This document shows, in pieces, positions 34,550-44,764 of a stretch of 60,508 nt of DNA. Location: positions 1 through 60,508 of the forward strand of contig CAVPXM010000065.1 of assembly GCA_963709405.1 (NCBI GenBank), given 5' to 3'. The notes under the pieces were generated by a model. It worked only from the letters and a program-made list of their open reading frames with translations, ran no database searches and was not told the DNA's origin. The DNA is from an uncultured Nitrososphaerales archaeon (GTDB lineage: Archaea; Thermoproteota; Nitrososphaeria; Nitrososphaerales; Nitrososphaeraceae). Positions within the stretch are counted from its first letter, which is position 1, and the number at the start of each line of letters is the position of its first letter. The position numbers were made by a program, and so were the translations under genes.

Positions 34550-35673
34550 TTACCTAGATGCGTCGTGAACTATTAAAGTACCAATCATGTTGAAGTGATT
34601 CATTGGATCTGCATCAGGAAAAGCACAGAATGATGTGCATCTAAATGTGAATGTTCCAGGTTTATCAGCCATAAATTGTAACGTTTGGTTTGTGCCTTTT
34701 ATTAAGAATGTATTAATATTGTAGCTATCAATACCAAAGCCATGTCCATTATATAGTGCTACATTATCGTTGGCGGTTATGAAATGCAGTCTTACTAGGT
34801 CTCCTTTGTTAACTTCTATTTTATTTGGTGTAAACGACCATGAGACTACCTTGATTGTGATATCCTTTACAGAAGGTTGAGTATTGCTACTGCTACCAGC
34901 AGCAGTCGTAGTAGGCACAGCATTAGAATTAGTAGTCATCGTTGGTGTTATTGGCGTTGCCAGTGATGGTATGTTATTAATATTATTATTATTGCTACTG
35001 GCTGCTGTTGTATTTTCTGAAGGTGCTTGTACATTAACCGGAAAGTATGCTTCTTTTACAACATGAGGCTTTATGAAATTCGGCGACATAACTTGCTGAC
35101 CATAGATTACCCCTATGTTATAAGTGCCAGCTGAAGGGAATACATATGAGAATTGAACCATACTTCCATGTCCATGCATATTTGGCATTGCTAAGATTGT
35201 CTGTCCTGTATTACCATTTTTTATAAAAATATCAAGGTCGCTATGCCATAGCCATGTAGCATTTTTATAAAATACATTTAAAACGAAGGTCGATGGTTGG
35301 CCTGCAATCAATTGTTTTGGTAAATGAACCATTTCAATGATTAGAGGATCTTGGTACTTGCGCATTATCTGGGCCTTGTCTGGGGTAAACATTCTCTCAG
35401 CTGAAGGTATTGGAAGTCAGAAGCTTTATGATGTGCTAAAAATAGCGATAGTGTAGGATATGCTGTTGTGTTCGATATTGTTGCATTAGGATTTGTTAGA
35501 GTAGTTGCATTTGGTATATTGGGGTTTGTAAAATTAGTATTACTAGTACCTACTGCAAATGCATTATGGAGAGTCCCGCTACCATTACCAATGCCATTTA
35601 CTGCCATTACTATAGAGGCTGCTACCATTATTGTTGACAAATATATCGTGAATAGTGATTTGAAATTTGTCAT
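34550..35673 (-). CDS. Secreted cupredoxin (CuA-like) domain protein, frameshifted near 35415
   Basis: Signal ending NAFA; WSFTPNKIEVNKGDLVRL, HGFGI, DKPGTFTFRCTSFC...HFNM; upstream His/Met motif MPNMHGHGSM. Confidence 0.85.
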
Positions 35674-35917
35674 TTTGATGACAAAAGAACTATAACAATA
35701 TCTAGTATATTAATTCTATTAATCTACATTAACTAAGTTACATGGATTATAATCAGGATACTGTTCATCTTTGAATAACGAACTTGACATACATGATATT
35801 GTTGTTGGAAGAAATAAAAGTAGTGTTCATTGTGGTTATTAGTAAGTAAATAGCATTGTGGTCAGGAGTAAGTCAATAGCACTTTAATAACTGTCAAGAA
35901 TGAATGTCAGAATCCCT

Positions 35918-36228
35918 GTGCGAACGAAACTTTTCACTGAGCAGTATGCTGTAAGTACATCAATATGCCAAGACAGCAATCAACGAGATAAGGACACACA
36001 CTTGTACTTACTATTGTAGATATCAAAATCATATCCGTGGAGAAAAACTGCTTGCGTTAAGGCCGATAAAGTGGAACCATCGATTTATAAAGTACGGGCC
36101 CCTTTTAGCACCGATGTCGTCGGTAATTCCGCCGAATAATAACAGAAAAGAATTTCATCATGACTAATGCAGGATATAGGGCCATGTTCCGTATCACGGA
36201 AATTCGTCATATTCTCTTATCTTCGCAT
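35918..36228 (+). ncRNA. Candidate large (about 310 nt) structured RNA
   Basis: Closing gtgcgaa/ttcgcat; nested tttcact/agtggaa, gagcagt/actgctt, gtaagtaca/tgtacttac; TTTAATAA at 35883 and T8 after the end. Confidence 0.55.
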
Positions 36229-36235
36229 TTTTTTT
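36228..36235 (+). terminator. Oligo-T archaeal terminator candidate
   Basis: T8 run directly after the closing helix of the 35918 element. Confidence 0.4.
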
Positions 36236-36703
36236 GTATGACATGCTAAGTAAAAAATCTACTGGATTAAGACCTGTGCAATAGGCCGCATCAAAATAAA
36301 TATCAATTTAACAGAGTTACCAAATATTATACTCCTTGGGACTGGAGGATTTGCAATATCAATCTTCTTCTTTTTGCATAGTAAGAAGAATTGGTACTAT
36401 TAAAACTAATTATAGATCACGAATTGATATCACTATCAAAATGATCGAAAGCAGACTTATCAATGCACCGAGATTAATGACCCTTGTCAAATATAGACAC
36501 TACTAAAATATTTATGCACATTGGAGTTGATTATTCGGTAGATTGATAATCTCTGATTTGTGCTTTCATTAAAATACAAAGCCCAAACCTACTTGCAAGT
36601 GCTGTTTCTTAGATGAGTTTCAAAAATATCCAGTTTGAGCCAACGATTACACTTTAAATAGGATGATTTTTACTCATTTGTACAGGTATGCAGATCTCCC
36701 GGT

Positions 36704-38635
36704 ATGCTAGTTGATATAGATCCTAACTTCCGAACTGATCCGAGGGAATACTCCAAGGTAGAGATTGCGAAGATTAACTCTAATGATTTAAGAGGTAATC
36801 TATTCAACGAGTTTAGAAACCAGGATACAGAAAATATCTCCTGGGAGTCTGAACAAATAGCAAAATCACATGGAATTTACTTGGAATTCAATAGAGCAAA
36901 GACAGGAAACGAGAAAGATTGGATATACATGATACGTATAAGTATACCCGGGGGTGGACCAATAATGTGTCAACAGTGGAATATACTTGACAAAGTAGCT
37001 GATTTGTATGCAATACGACCAACTGATTCCAGCTCCATCGCTATGCCAAGTCTTAGAATAACAACCAGGCAAAACATACAGCTCCATTGGATCAGAAAAA
37101 GGAATGTTGTCGATGCAATAAGCGAGATAGCAAAATCTGGATTCTTTACAATCAATGGCTGTGGCGATAATACTCGAAATGTAGTTGGCTGTCCATTGGC
37201 AAGATCTTCATGTATTTTTGATTCTAATAAATGGGCTCAAAAGGTCGGAAAATATTTTGCTCTTCCTCCATCAGCATATATCGAAATTTTTGAGATAGAT
37301 CCAAATTACATCAGAAAAGCAGGATTGTACGATAGGTATCCTGGAGTAACAAGATTTGATTATGGTCGAAACCAACTGAACAGAAAATTCAAAATCGCAT
37401 TTTCGGCAATCCATAAAGTTGGGGAGAAGAAATACGTTCCGGATAATTGTGTTGAGCTAAGAACGAATGATATAGGAGTTGCTCCGATCATAAATAATAT
37501 CGCAGATGATTGTCCTAGCGTAGACAGATTTCAGGTCTATATAGGGGGAGGCCAAGGTCAACAATCGGGTAAACCAACCATCGCTGCTCTGGGTGAGCCG
37601 TTTGGTGTATTCACTGAAGAAAACCTCCTCAAGGGTCTAGACGCCATTGTAACTGTCCATAAAGAATGGGGAGATAGACAAAATAGGCACTGGGGCAGAC
37701 TCAAATATGTAGTTAAAGTTAAGGGAATTGAATGGTTCAGAGAGCAAGTGAGAAGTGTTGTTGGACTGATTTTTGATCCTCCCCTATCAGATTATGATTA
37801 TGGAGAAAGAAACTTACATTTGGGCTGGATAAAGCAGTATCTGCCAGCTGGTGATGGCAGGAACTTCAAATGGTCCTATGGTATGTTTATAGAAAATGGC
37901 AGATTAATAGACGGAAGTCCAAACGGAGATTTGAAGAGTATGATAAAATATCTAGTTAACAAGTATCGGGCGATTGAGCTTTTTACAACCCCGAATCAAC
38001 ATTTACTCTTTTCAAATATAGACAATAGTGAAAAAGACGAATTTGAAAATGATATGAAGTTTTTTGGCTATGGTCTTCGCAAATATATAGGTGGCCCGTC
38101 CAAAAACAAGCAAGTAAATGTCAAACCATATTCAAAACTAAGGATGTTATCTGGAGCGTGCGTCGGTAGAGACACTTGTAGACTAACTTATACTGATTCA
38201 GAAAAATTTGAGCCCTACCTTATCGATATATTAGAGGATAAGTGGGGAGAATTGAACGAATCTATAGGTGTTACAGGCTGTGAAAAACAATGTTATAGAC
38301 CAGCAACAAAGACAATAGGTTGGGTAGGCACTGGCTTTAATCTCTACCAGTTGACGATAATGGGAACAGAAGATGGAAAACATCAAGGAGGCCCACTCAT
38401 TGATCCTAAGACAAAAGAACAATACCTTCACTTTGTGCCACGAAATGAAGTTGCCACTGTTACAGATGCACTCTTCAAATTATATTTAGAAGATAGATCA
38501 AAAGAAGAAGATAGGCCTGGAGGAATGGGATATTTCTTCAGAAGGATAAAAGCCGAAGAAATAATTTCTAGCTTAAAGTCAAATCCTAAAACTGTCGAGC
38601 TAATGAAGAGGATATTTAAAGGACAACGGCTTTAA
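36704..38635 (+). CDS. Siroheme/[4Fe-4S] nitrite/sulfite reductase, ferredoxin-dependent type
   Basis: TTRQNIQLH, CGDNTRNVVGCP, RKFKIA, ACVGRDTC...GVTGCEKQC. Confidence 0.92.
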   Translation: MLVDIDPNFRTDPREYSKVEIAKINSNDLRGNLFNEFRNQDTENISWESEQIAKSHGIYLEFNRAKTGNEKDWIYMIRISIPGGGPIMCQQWNILDKVADLYAIRPTDSSSIAMPSLRITTRQNIQLHWIRKRNVVDAISEIAKSGFFTINGCGDNTRNVVGCPLARSSCIFDSNKWAQKVGKYFALPPSAYIEIFEIDPNYIRKAGLYDRYPGVTRFDYGRNQLNRKFKIAFSAIHKVGEKKYVPDNCVELRTNDIGVAPIINNIADDCPSVDRFQVYIGGGQGQQSGKPTIAALGEPFGVFTEENLLKGLDAIVTVHKEWGDRQNRHWGRLKYVVKVKGIEWFREQVRSVVGLIFDPPLSDYDYGERNLHLGWIKQYLPAGDGRNFKWSYGMFIENGRLIDGSPNGDLKSMIKYLVNKYRAIELFTTPNQHLLFSNIDNSEKDEFENDMKFFGYGLRKYIGGPSKNKQVNVKPYSKLRMLSGACVGRDTCRLTYTDSEKFEPYLIDILEDKWGELNESIGVTGCEKQCYRPATKTIGWVGTGFNLYQLTIMGTEDGKHQGGPLIDPKTKEQYLHFVPRNEVATVTDALFKLYLEDRSKEEDRPGGMGYFFRRIKAEEIISSLKSNPKTVELMKRIFKGQRL

Positions 38636-39030
38636 GTTTGCTAAGACAAATAAGATCATCTATTCACTTATCTATGTTAATTCTTCGGCACAGAAAGGGC
38701 GCTCAGTTTTATTTTAGATTATCGAACCAGTTTCGTGATGTGAATCAATCATCTATTCATCTAGAAAGACTGATTCGATTGTCCTCTTTTTGCTGAATAG
38801 TCAGAAATTAATGTTGCTTTACATCATACTGAACTAATGCTAATTATATTTTGATAGATTTCAAAATTGTGTTAAGGCAGGGAATATCATACTAAGCTCT
38901 GAGAATAGATTGAATCGGATAGAAATGCTTGTTGAAACAGAACAATATAGACATTCCATTCAGCCCATTCAGATAATCGAACACCTCTAAATCGACTAGA
39001 TTTATTAAGACTTCATAATCGATAATACGT

Positions 39031-40236
39031 ATGCTTATCGGTATAATTGGGAAATCTAATGTTGGTAAATCCACATTTTTCAATGCTGTGACAGATCTTA
39101 GTGTCCAGACAGCTAATTATCCGTTCACTACTATAGAACCAAATGTAGGTGTTGCGTATGTTAGGATTGAATGCATTTGTAGAGAATTTGAAGTTCAAGA
39201 TAACCCTGTACACTCAGTTTGTATTGATGGTATTAGATTTATCCCAGTAAAAGTAATAGATATTGCAGGGTTAGTACCAGGAGCTCATCTCGGAAAGGGT
39301 ATTGGAAATAAATTTCTAGACGATTCTCGTCAAGCAGATGCATTGATTCATGTAGTAGATGCTTCTGGATCTACAGATAGCGAAGGCAGGCCTGTCGCTG
39401 CCGGGACAGCTGACCCTCTATATGATATTAAATTTGTGGAGGAGGAGTTCGACCGGTGGTTGTGCTCCATCATAGGTAAAGAATGGAGCAAGTTCGCAAG
39501 AGAGGCTGAGAATAAAGGACAGAGGATCGACCTTCTGCTAACAAAACGGTTATCAGGGCTAGCGATTGACGATAATCAAATAACAAGAGCAATTAATCGG
39601 GCAAATTTGAACAATAAGAAGCCTACGCTGTGGCAGGAAGAGGACATTTTCAATTTGAGCAGAACCGTAAGAATGTTATCCAAGCCTACCATAATTGCTG
39701 CAAATAAGATAGATATCCCTTCTACCGAAACAAATATTATGATCATGAAAGAGAACGGATACGCTAACATCATCCCCTGTGCGTCGGAAGCCGAGGTATT
39801 GCTTAGACGTGCTGCGAAAAAAGGAATTTTACATTACCTTCCAGGAGATCGTTCTTTTGAAGTAAGGCCAAATGTTAGTTTGAGCGAACAACAGACAAAA
39901 GTCCTGAATACTATTAGCACACTCTTTAAAAAGTATTGTGGTACTGGTGTACAGGATGTCTTGAACAAGTTGTGCTTCGATTCTCTGAAGTTCATCGCTG
40001 TATTTCCTGTTGAGGACGAATTTAAGTTAACTGACAAAAAGGGAAATGTGTTACCAGACACCTACTTGTTACCACCTGGCTCGACACCAAAAGATCTAGC
40101 ATTCAAGATACACGCTGATATTGCAAAAAGTTTTCTTTATGCAATTGACGTCCGAACGAAACAACGATTAGGTGCTGAATATGTTCTCAAACACAGAGAC
40201 GTAATAAAGCTAGTTTCCACAACTAGTAGGAGGTAG
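39031..40236 (+). CDS. ychF: OBG-family ATPase/GTPase YchF with TGS domain
   Basis: GKSNVGKST, NYPFTTIEPN, DIAGLV, ANKID. Confidence 0.95.
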   Translation: MLIGIIGKSNVGKSTFFNAVTDLSVQTANYPFTTIEPNVGVAYVRIECICREFEVQDNPVHSVCIDGIRFIPVKVIDIAGLVPGAHLGKGIGNKFLDDSRQADALIHVVDASGSTDSEGRPVAAGTADPLYDIKFVEEEFDRWLCSIIGKEWSKFAREAENKGQRIDLLLTKRLSGLAIDDNQITRAINRANLNNKKPTLWQEEDIFNLSRTVRMLSKPTIIAANKIDIPSTETNIMIMKENGYANIIPCASEAEVLLRRAAKKGILHYLPGDRSFEVRPNVSLSEQQTKVLNTISTLFKKYCGTGVQDVLNKLCFDSLKFIAVFPVEDEFKLTDKKGNVLPDTYLLPPGSTPKDLAFKIHADIAKSFLYAIDVRTKQRLGAEYVLKHRDVIKLVSTTSRR

Positions 40237-40242
40237 GACACT

Positions 40243-41262
40243 TTGTATTCACTTGGAATAGAAAGTACTGCCCATACAATTGGATGTTCCGTGATTAAAG
40301 TCAATTCAGAAAGTCTGGAATCAGACAGTAGATGTAAGATCCTGTCAGATGTGCGTGGAGTTTACAAACCTCCAACCGGATCTGGTATCCATCCTCGCGA
40401 AGCTTCTCGACATCATTGCGAAAAAGCTCCGTACTTGGTAAAAAAATCGCTAAATGACTCTGGAATCGAGGCTGAAGATCTAGATATAATCGCATATTCA
40501 GCTGGGCCTGGTTTGGGGCCATGTCTCAGAGTTGGTGCCGTTCTTGCACGTACATTAGCAGCCTTCCATCATAAACCACTTGTTCCGGTGAATCACGCTC
40601 TAGGGCACATAGAATTGGGAATGATGTTAACTGGGTCGTCAGACCCATTGGTTCTACTGGTCTCAGGAGGACACACAATGATCTTAGGATTTAACAATAA
40701 AAAGTGGAGAGTATTTGGTGAAACTCTTGACATCACATTAGGACAGCTACTGGACCAATTCGGAAGAGCAATGGGATTTGCCTCCCCTTGTGGTTCAGTA
40801 ATCGAGCAGCTCGCAAACAAGTCCTCAATGCGGTACTCTCACTTGCCATACATAATAAAAGGTAACGACGTTTCTCTCTCTGGATTACTTACCGCTGCAA
40901 TAGAGTTAGGAAAGGAAAAGAACACTACCTTGGCTGATGTATGTTACTCACTACAAGAAACATCATTTGCAATCCTCACAGAAGCTGTAGAAAGAGCACT
41001 CTCGTTTAGCAACAAAAATGAAGTATTGGCTGTGGGAGGAGTAGCTGCGAATAAACGACTAGGGCAAATGCTAAGTGGCGCATGTACGAGGTTGATGAGC
41101 AGTCTACGTATCTGCCCGATTCATTATGCCGGTGATAACGGTGCGCAGATCGCATGGACCGGCGCAATTGATCACCTCTCTTCTGGGAAAAGAGTCGAGA
41201 TTGAAAAAGCAGCAATTCGGCAATCATGGAGACTAGATACCGTCGAGGTGACTTGGCGATAA
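40243..41262 (+). CDS. kae1: KEOPS t6A synthase Kae1
   Basis: LGIESTAHT, GPGLGPCL, VNHALGHIE, LLVSGGHT, GDNGAQIA. Confidence 0.96.
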   Translation: MYSLGIESTAHTIGCSVIKVNSESLESDSRCKILSDVRGVYKPPTGSGIHPREASRHHCEKAPYLVKKSLNDSGIEAEDLDIIAYSAGPGLGPCLRVGAVLARTLAAFHHKPLVPVNHALGHIELGMMLTGSSDPLVLLVSGGHTMILGFNNKKWRVFGETLDITLGQLLDQFGRAMGFASPCGSVIEQLANKSSMRYSHLPYIIKGNDVSLSGLLTAAIELGKEKNTTLADVCYSLQETSFAILTEAVERALSFSNKNEVLAVGGVAANKRLGQMLSGACTRLMSSLRICPIHYAGDNGAQIAWTGAIDHLSSGKRVEIEKAAIRQSWRLDTVEVTWR

Positions 41263-41275
41263 TAGATAAAAATAT

Positions 41276-41653
41276 TCATGAATGACTAGGCTTGGATCGT
41301 TCGTTTGAATCAGTACCTCTTTTTAGGTATAGTCCTTTCTGTTCTTCAATAAGCTTTATCCATTTACCAATATTAAAAACTCCAAATTTCAAAGACCTCC
41401 CATCTGATGTGGTGATCACAACCTTTTTAATTACAAATCCTTCGGATCTAACCGAGGATATTCTATCGAGAGGTATGTCCAGAAGAACACCTTCAACCTT
41501 CTTTGATAGTGTGGCCATCCTGCCTTCAGTCTTTTCAAAGATGATCCTCTGGTTTGTTAATGTAAGAATTCCATTCTTCAGTTTGTCCTCTGCACAATCT
41601 TCCTGAAATACTCTTATTTCCCCCTCCCTAGGATCCGCTTCTGAAGAACTCAC
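41276..41653 (-). CDS. PH-like/GRAM-like domain protein
   Basis: GILTLTNQRIIFE...IPLDRISSV...WIKLIEE. Confidence 0.7.
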   Translation of the reverse strand: MSSSEADPREGEIRVFQEDCAEDKLKNGILTLTNQRIIFEKTEGRMATLSKKVEGVLLDIPLDRISSVRSEGFVIKKVVITTSDGRSLKFGVFNIGKWIKLIEEQKGLYLKRGTDSNERSKPSHS

Positions 41654-41745
41654 ATCGAATCTATATTAGTTAACAGAGTATTATGTATTACGCAATAATA
41701 GTCTCCCATCCGCTGAATTAGGATGCGAATTTCATACTCCAAGCT

Positions 41746-41963
41746 CAAACATTGTTGTTTAACAAATTTGTGATGGTAGATCTGTATTAAAGACTGGATG
41801 CTGTAATACTATAGGAGGTCCTAATTATTTCCACTCTTCACAAATTTAACTGTTAGCAACCTAGGTGGATATTAAACCCACAGTCATTGTATTGCAGTCT
41901 ATCATATAATATCCACAGTTTTACTATTGCTAACCACCATAGCCATATTGCCCTTAACGTTTG
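41746..41963 (-). ncRNA. Candidate structured RNA with loop-loop pseudoknot
   Basis: Perfect stems of 10, 10, 8 and 6 bp; closing helix with a minus-strand G.U pair; TTTATATA (minus) at 42001-41994. Confidence 0.6.
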
Positions 41964-42295
41964 TAAGTAGAATAAATAAGTGTCATAGATGCATATATAA
42001 ATCGAATATATCTGTCGGTGTTAATATAAGATTAGAATGTCATAATTGTAGCGGCTTCGACAAACATATTTGCTATAGGTAACAGTATAAAATCATCACA
42101 ATAAAACACTTGCACCGGAGCATATGGATTGAATTTTGATAATATAGGCAAACGGCACGTATTGATATGGTATATAGTAGAGAAGGATCAGCAAAGACTT
42201 ATCCTATATTTGCAGCCAATTGCAAACATGCACTTATGCTGATATATATGTTTTAATAATATAATTTCTCATATTAAATAGGGTATTAAACTCAA

Positions 42296-42670
42296 ATGAA
42301 GACGAAATTTTTAGCAGATAATAATTTCCTGCAAACAGATTCACAAAATAAATTATCTCTTTATGAAATATCGCCTGTGTGGGCCAAACGCCTCAACCAA
42401 GCTATAAATGAAATCCCTCGGCTTTCACTGATACGTCTAAAATGGTATTTTGAACTGAAGAATGCGTCGAGATGCGTAGTAGGAGAGGCATATGGATTTT
42501 CCTCAGCATATGTATCTAAATGCAAAAAATGCAATAGGCTGGGTTGGTGCTTTATGTTTTATTTCATGGTTCAGTCAAATTCAAGGATTGAAGAGACAAA
42601 AATAAAATTCGTAGATCATTGGAATAAAGCACATTCTGGGATCGGGAATAATAAGAGCCCGGTTGAATGA
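42296..42670 (+). CDS. Hypothetical protein with Cys/His motifs
   Basis: RCVVGEAYG...CKKC...FVDHWNKAH. Confidence 0.7.
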   Translation: MKTKFLADNNFLQTDSQNKLSLYEISPVWAKRLNQAINEIPRLSLIRLKWYFELKNASRCVVGEAYGFSSAYVSKCKKCNRLGWCFMFYFMVQSNSRIEETKIKFVDHWNKAHSGIGNNKSPVE

Positions 42671-42967
42671 TCTTTGTTAGAATGTGAAACTCCAGACACA
42701 GCCGTGACAACAAAATAATGGTTTGCCTGGTGGGTCATCCTTGGTTAATGTATTCAGTTATTCTTATCATTATGGTTAATTTCTTATCATATTCTGTGGT
42801 CAACTCAGTTTCGCTTTTTCACCACATGCGATATCACAATTTTGCTTATGCTATAGATGCTGTAATGAAATAGCAATTTCATCGCACCGAACACTTGCTC
42901 ATTACAATCAAGTAAAACCCTCTATTTCTTGTCTCATGATTAGTTATGTCGAGGTATCGATTGAATT

Positions 42968-43222
42968 CTAGTCTTGCAATAAATAAATAGCTTACTAGTT
43001 AGATTAGTTTGAAGGTTGGCAGACGCATCGATACTTCTGTCATAATTGTCAAACACAATTTTTGCTCAGAAGCGAGGACCTAAGGAGAATAGGCCCACAA
43101 GCCAACCTTTGTTATACCACGCGTAATAAAATATCAAGATATGTTCTTTCACCTAAGTATAATTCTGGCCATGTTTTGTTACAACAAATATCTGTCGATA
43201 ACTAGTAAGATACAAGTACTAG
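42968..43222 (+). ncRNA. Candidate structured RNA
   Basis: ttactagtt/aactagtaa (9 bp), gaaggttggc/gccaaccttt (10 bp with one G.U), aattgt/acaatt. Confidence 0.55.
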
Positions 43223-43437
43223 GCGTTAGGCTGAATTGTGAGTTTTTGGATTGTTTATCTATTTATAATCATATACCAGCCCAGATAATATTCGGACGCC
43301 GTTTCTAGTATTTTAGAGGAATGCTGGTGAACTGAACATATTTGCATTTACAGTGCATTCGATGAATATACTTGTCACTAGTAACATCGATTTGTTTTAT
43401 TAGAAGTTACACTATTAACTCGAAGAGTCAGACAAGG

Positions 43438-43548
43438 ATGATAGTAGCAATCGAAGATGTAATAGTGGCAATTGCATTTGTAGCCACGGCGCCCATTCTA
43501 ATCAAAAATGCCTTTGCACATTCTGGCCATCACTACCATCACCACTAG
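43438..43548 (+). CDS. 36-aa secreted His-rich peptide
   Basis: Hand translation MIVAIEDVIVAIAFVATAPILIKNAFA-HSGHHYHHH*. Confidence 0.5.
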   Translation: MIVAIEDVIVAIAFVATAPILIKNAFAHSGHHYHHH

Positions 43549-43630
43549 TAGAAAGCAGCATTTTAGATTTGCATGAAAATGACGAATATATCAGCTAAAA
43601 CCCCAACTGTCGCTGGTCTAAATGAAATTT

Positions 43631-43845
43631 GTGGTTCTAGACCTCGATATGATACGTTGATGGTGTAGCCCCAAAGCGATTTGCAAGAACGAAGCAAGTT
43701 TGCAGATAGCTTCTGGGGTTTCCAACCAACACCCGTTATAAAACAGGTTGTTGTTAAAAAGCCCTAGAACACGTGTTAAGGAGGGGGAGGGTTGCAACTG
43801 GCTAGGACTAAGCGGTTCCCAATTCTTGATCATTCAGTGATTGGA
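43631..43845 (+). ncRNA. Candidate structured RNA
   Basis: 75-nt interrupted hairpin 43656-43730 enclosed by gttctag/ctagaac. Confidence 0.45.
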
Positions 43846-44062
43846 TTGTTAGAGGAGAAATATTATAAATAGACTCCCACAAGCAAATTTAAGATGCTAA
43901 TACCAATGTGACAGAGGTCTCACAATTATCAAAACAAAGGCCATTTAAGAAAATATAAGCAATCTCAAAAAGTAATATGATATAAAATATTGTCATTGTT
44001 GCACCAACTAATATTATAATTATCAATTAATCTAGGATGTAGCTGCAAATAAATAAAATTCA

Positions 44063-44764
44063 TTACATTACTAAGTGAACCTTTGCTATCAATAGTCTTT
44101 TTAGATGTGAAAGAATCGTGTTTAAGTGTGGTTGTATATCTGAAGATGCATTTTTGTTTGCGGCCTCTAGTGACTTGAGGTACTTTGCAAAGATTTCTTG
44201 AGCTTGTTTGACATACGCCTGAGCGTTCTCATAATCTGACTCATTTAGTATATTATTCATCTTATTCCCCATGGCTGGCATATTCCTGTTGCTACTAGCA
44301 TTCGTGTTAGCCAATATTTGCCTCATGCTTTTTCCTTGCATATTCATATTACTACTCACTGCTGACATATTCTTAGTTGCAACCATATTAGTCAACTTTG
44401 CCTCTGGAAATCCAAGGGCCTGAGCATAGATATAAAATATTTCGTTAATTGTATTACCTAGCGCCAGTGCCTGATTTGTTGAATTATTTACAGGAGCTTT
44501 CATCATCCTTGCTGATACGGCCTCATCTAGTAGACCACTTAAATTATCTATATTGTCTTGAATTACAGAACTACTATTAGTTTGTGCAGGTTTACTATCA
44601 GATCTACCAGATGCTGGAGTTGCTTTCTGAGTAAAAGAAACCTTTAAGTCGATTAATCCTTTGGTAAGATCCCTTGCTATTCGTTGATTTCTTTCTGCAA
44701 TCTCTTGGTTCCATGTGAAATTGTTTACAGAAGCTTTTTGATTCAGTAATGCTATTGCCTCCAT
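44063..44764 (-). pseudogene. Secreted helical hypothetical protein fragment
   Basis: WNQEIAERNQRIARDL, NLSGLLDEAVSAR, DYENAQAYV; the N-terminus is degraded. Confidence 0.55.

Noticed and set aside
33950-35000. AAT/AAC triplet runs as functional repeats
   Set aside because: They encode low-complexity Asn/Thr linkers inside CDSs.
35918-36228. Group II intron suggested by the GUGCG start
   Set aside because: No domain V or VI motif and no RT ORF; GUGCG pairs with the 3' end instead.
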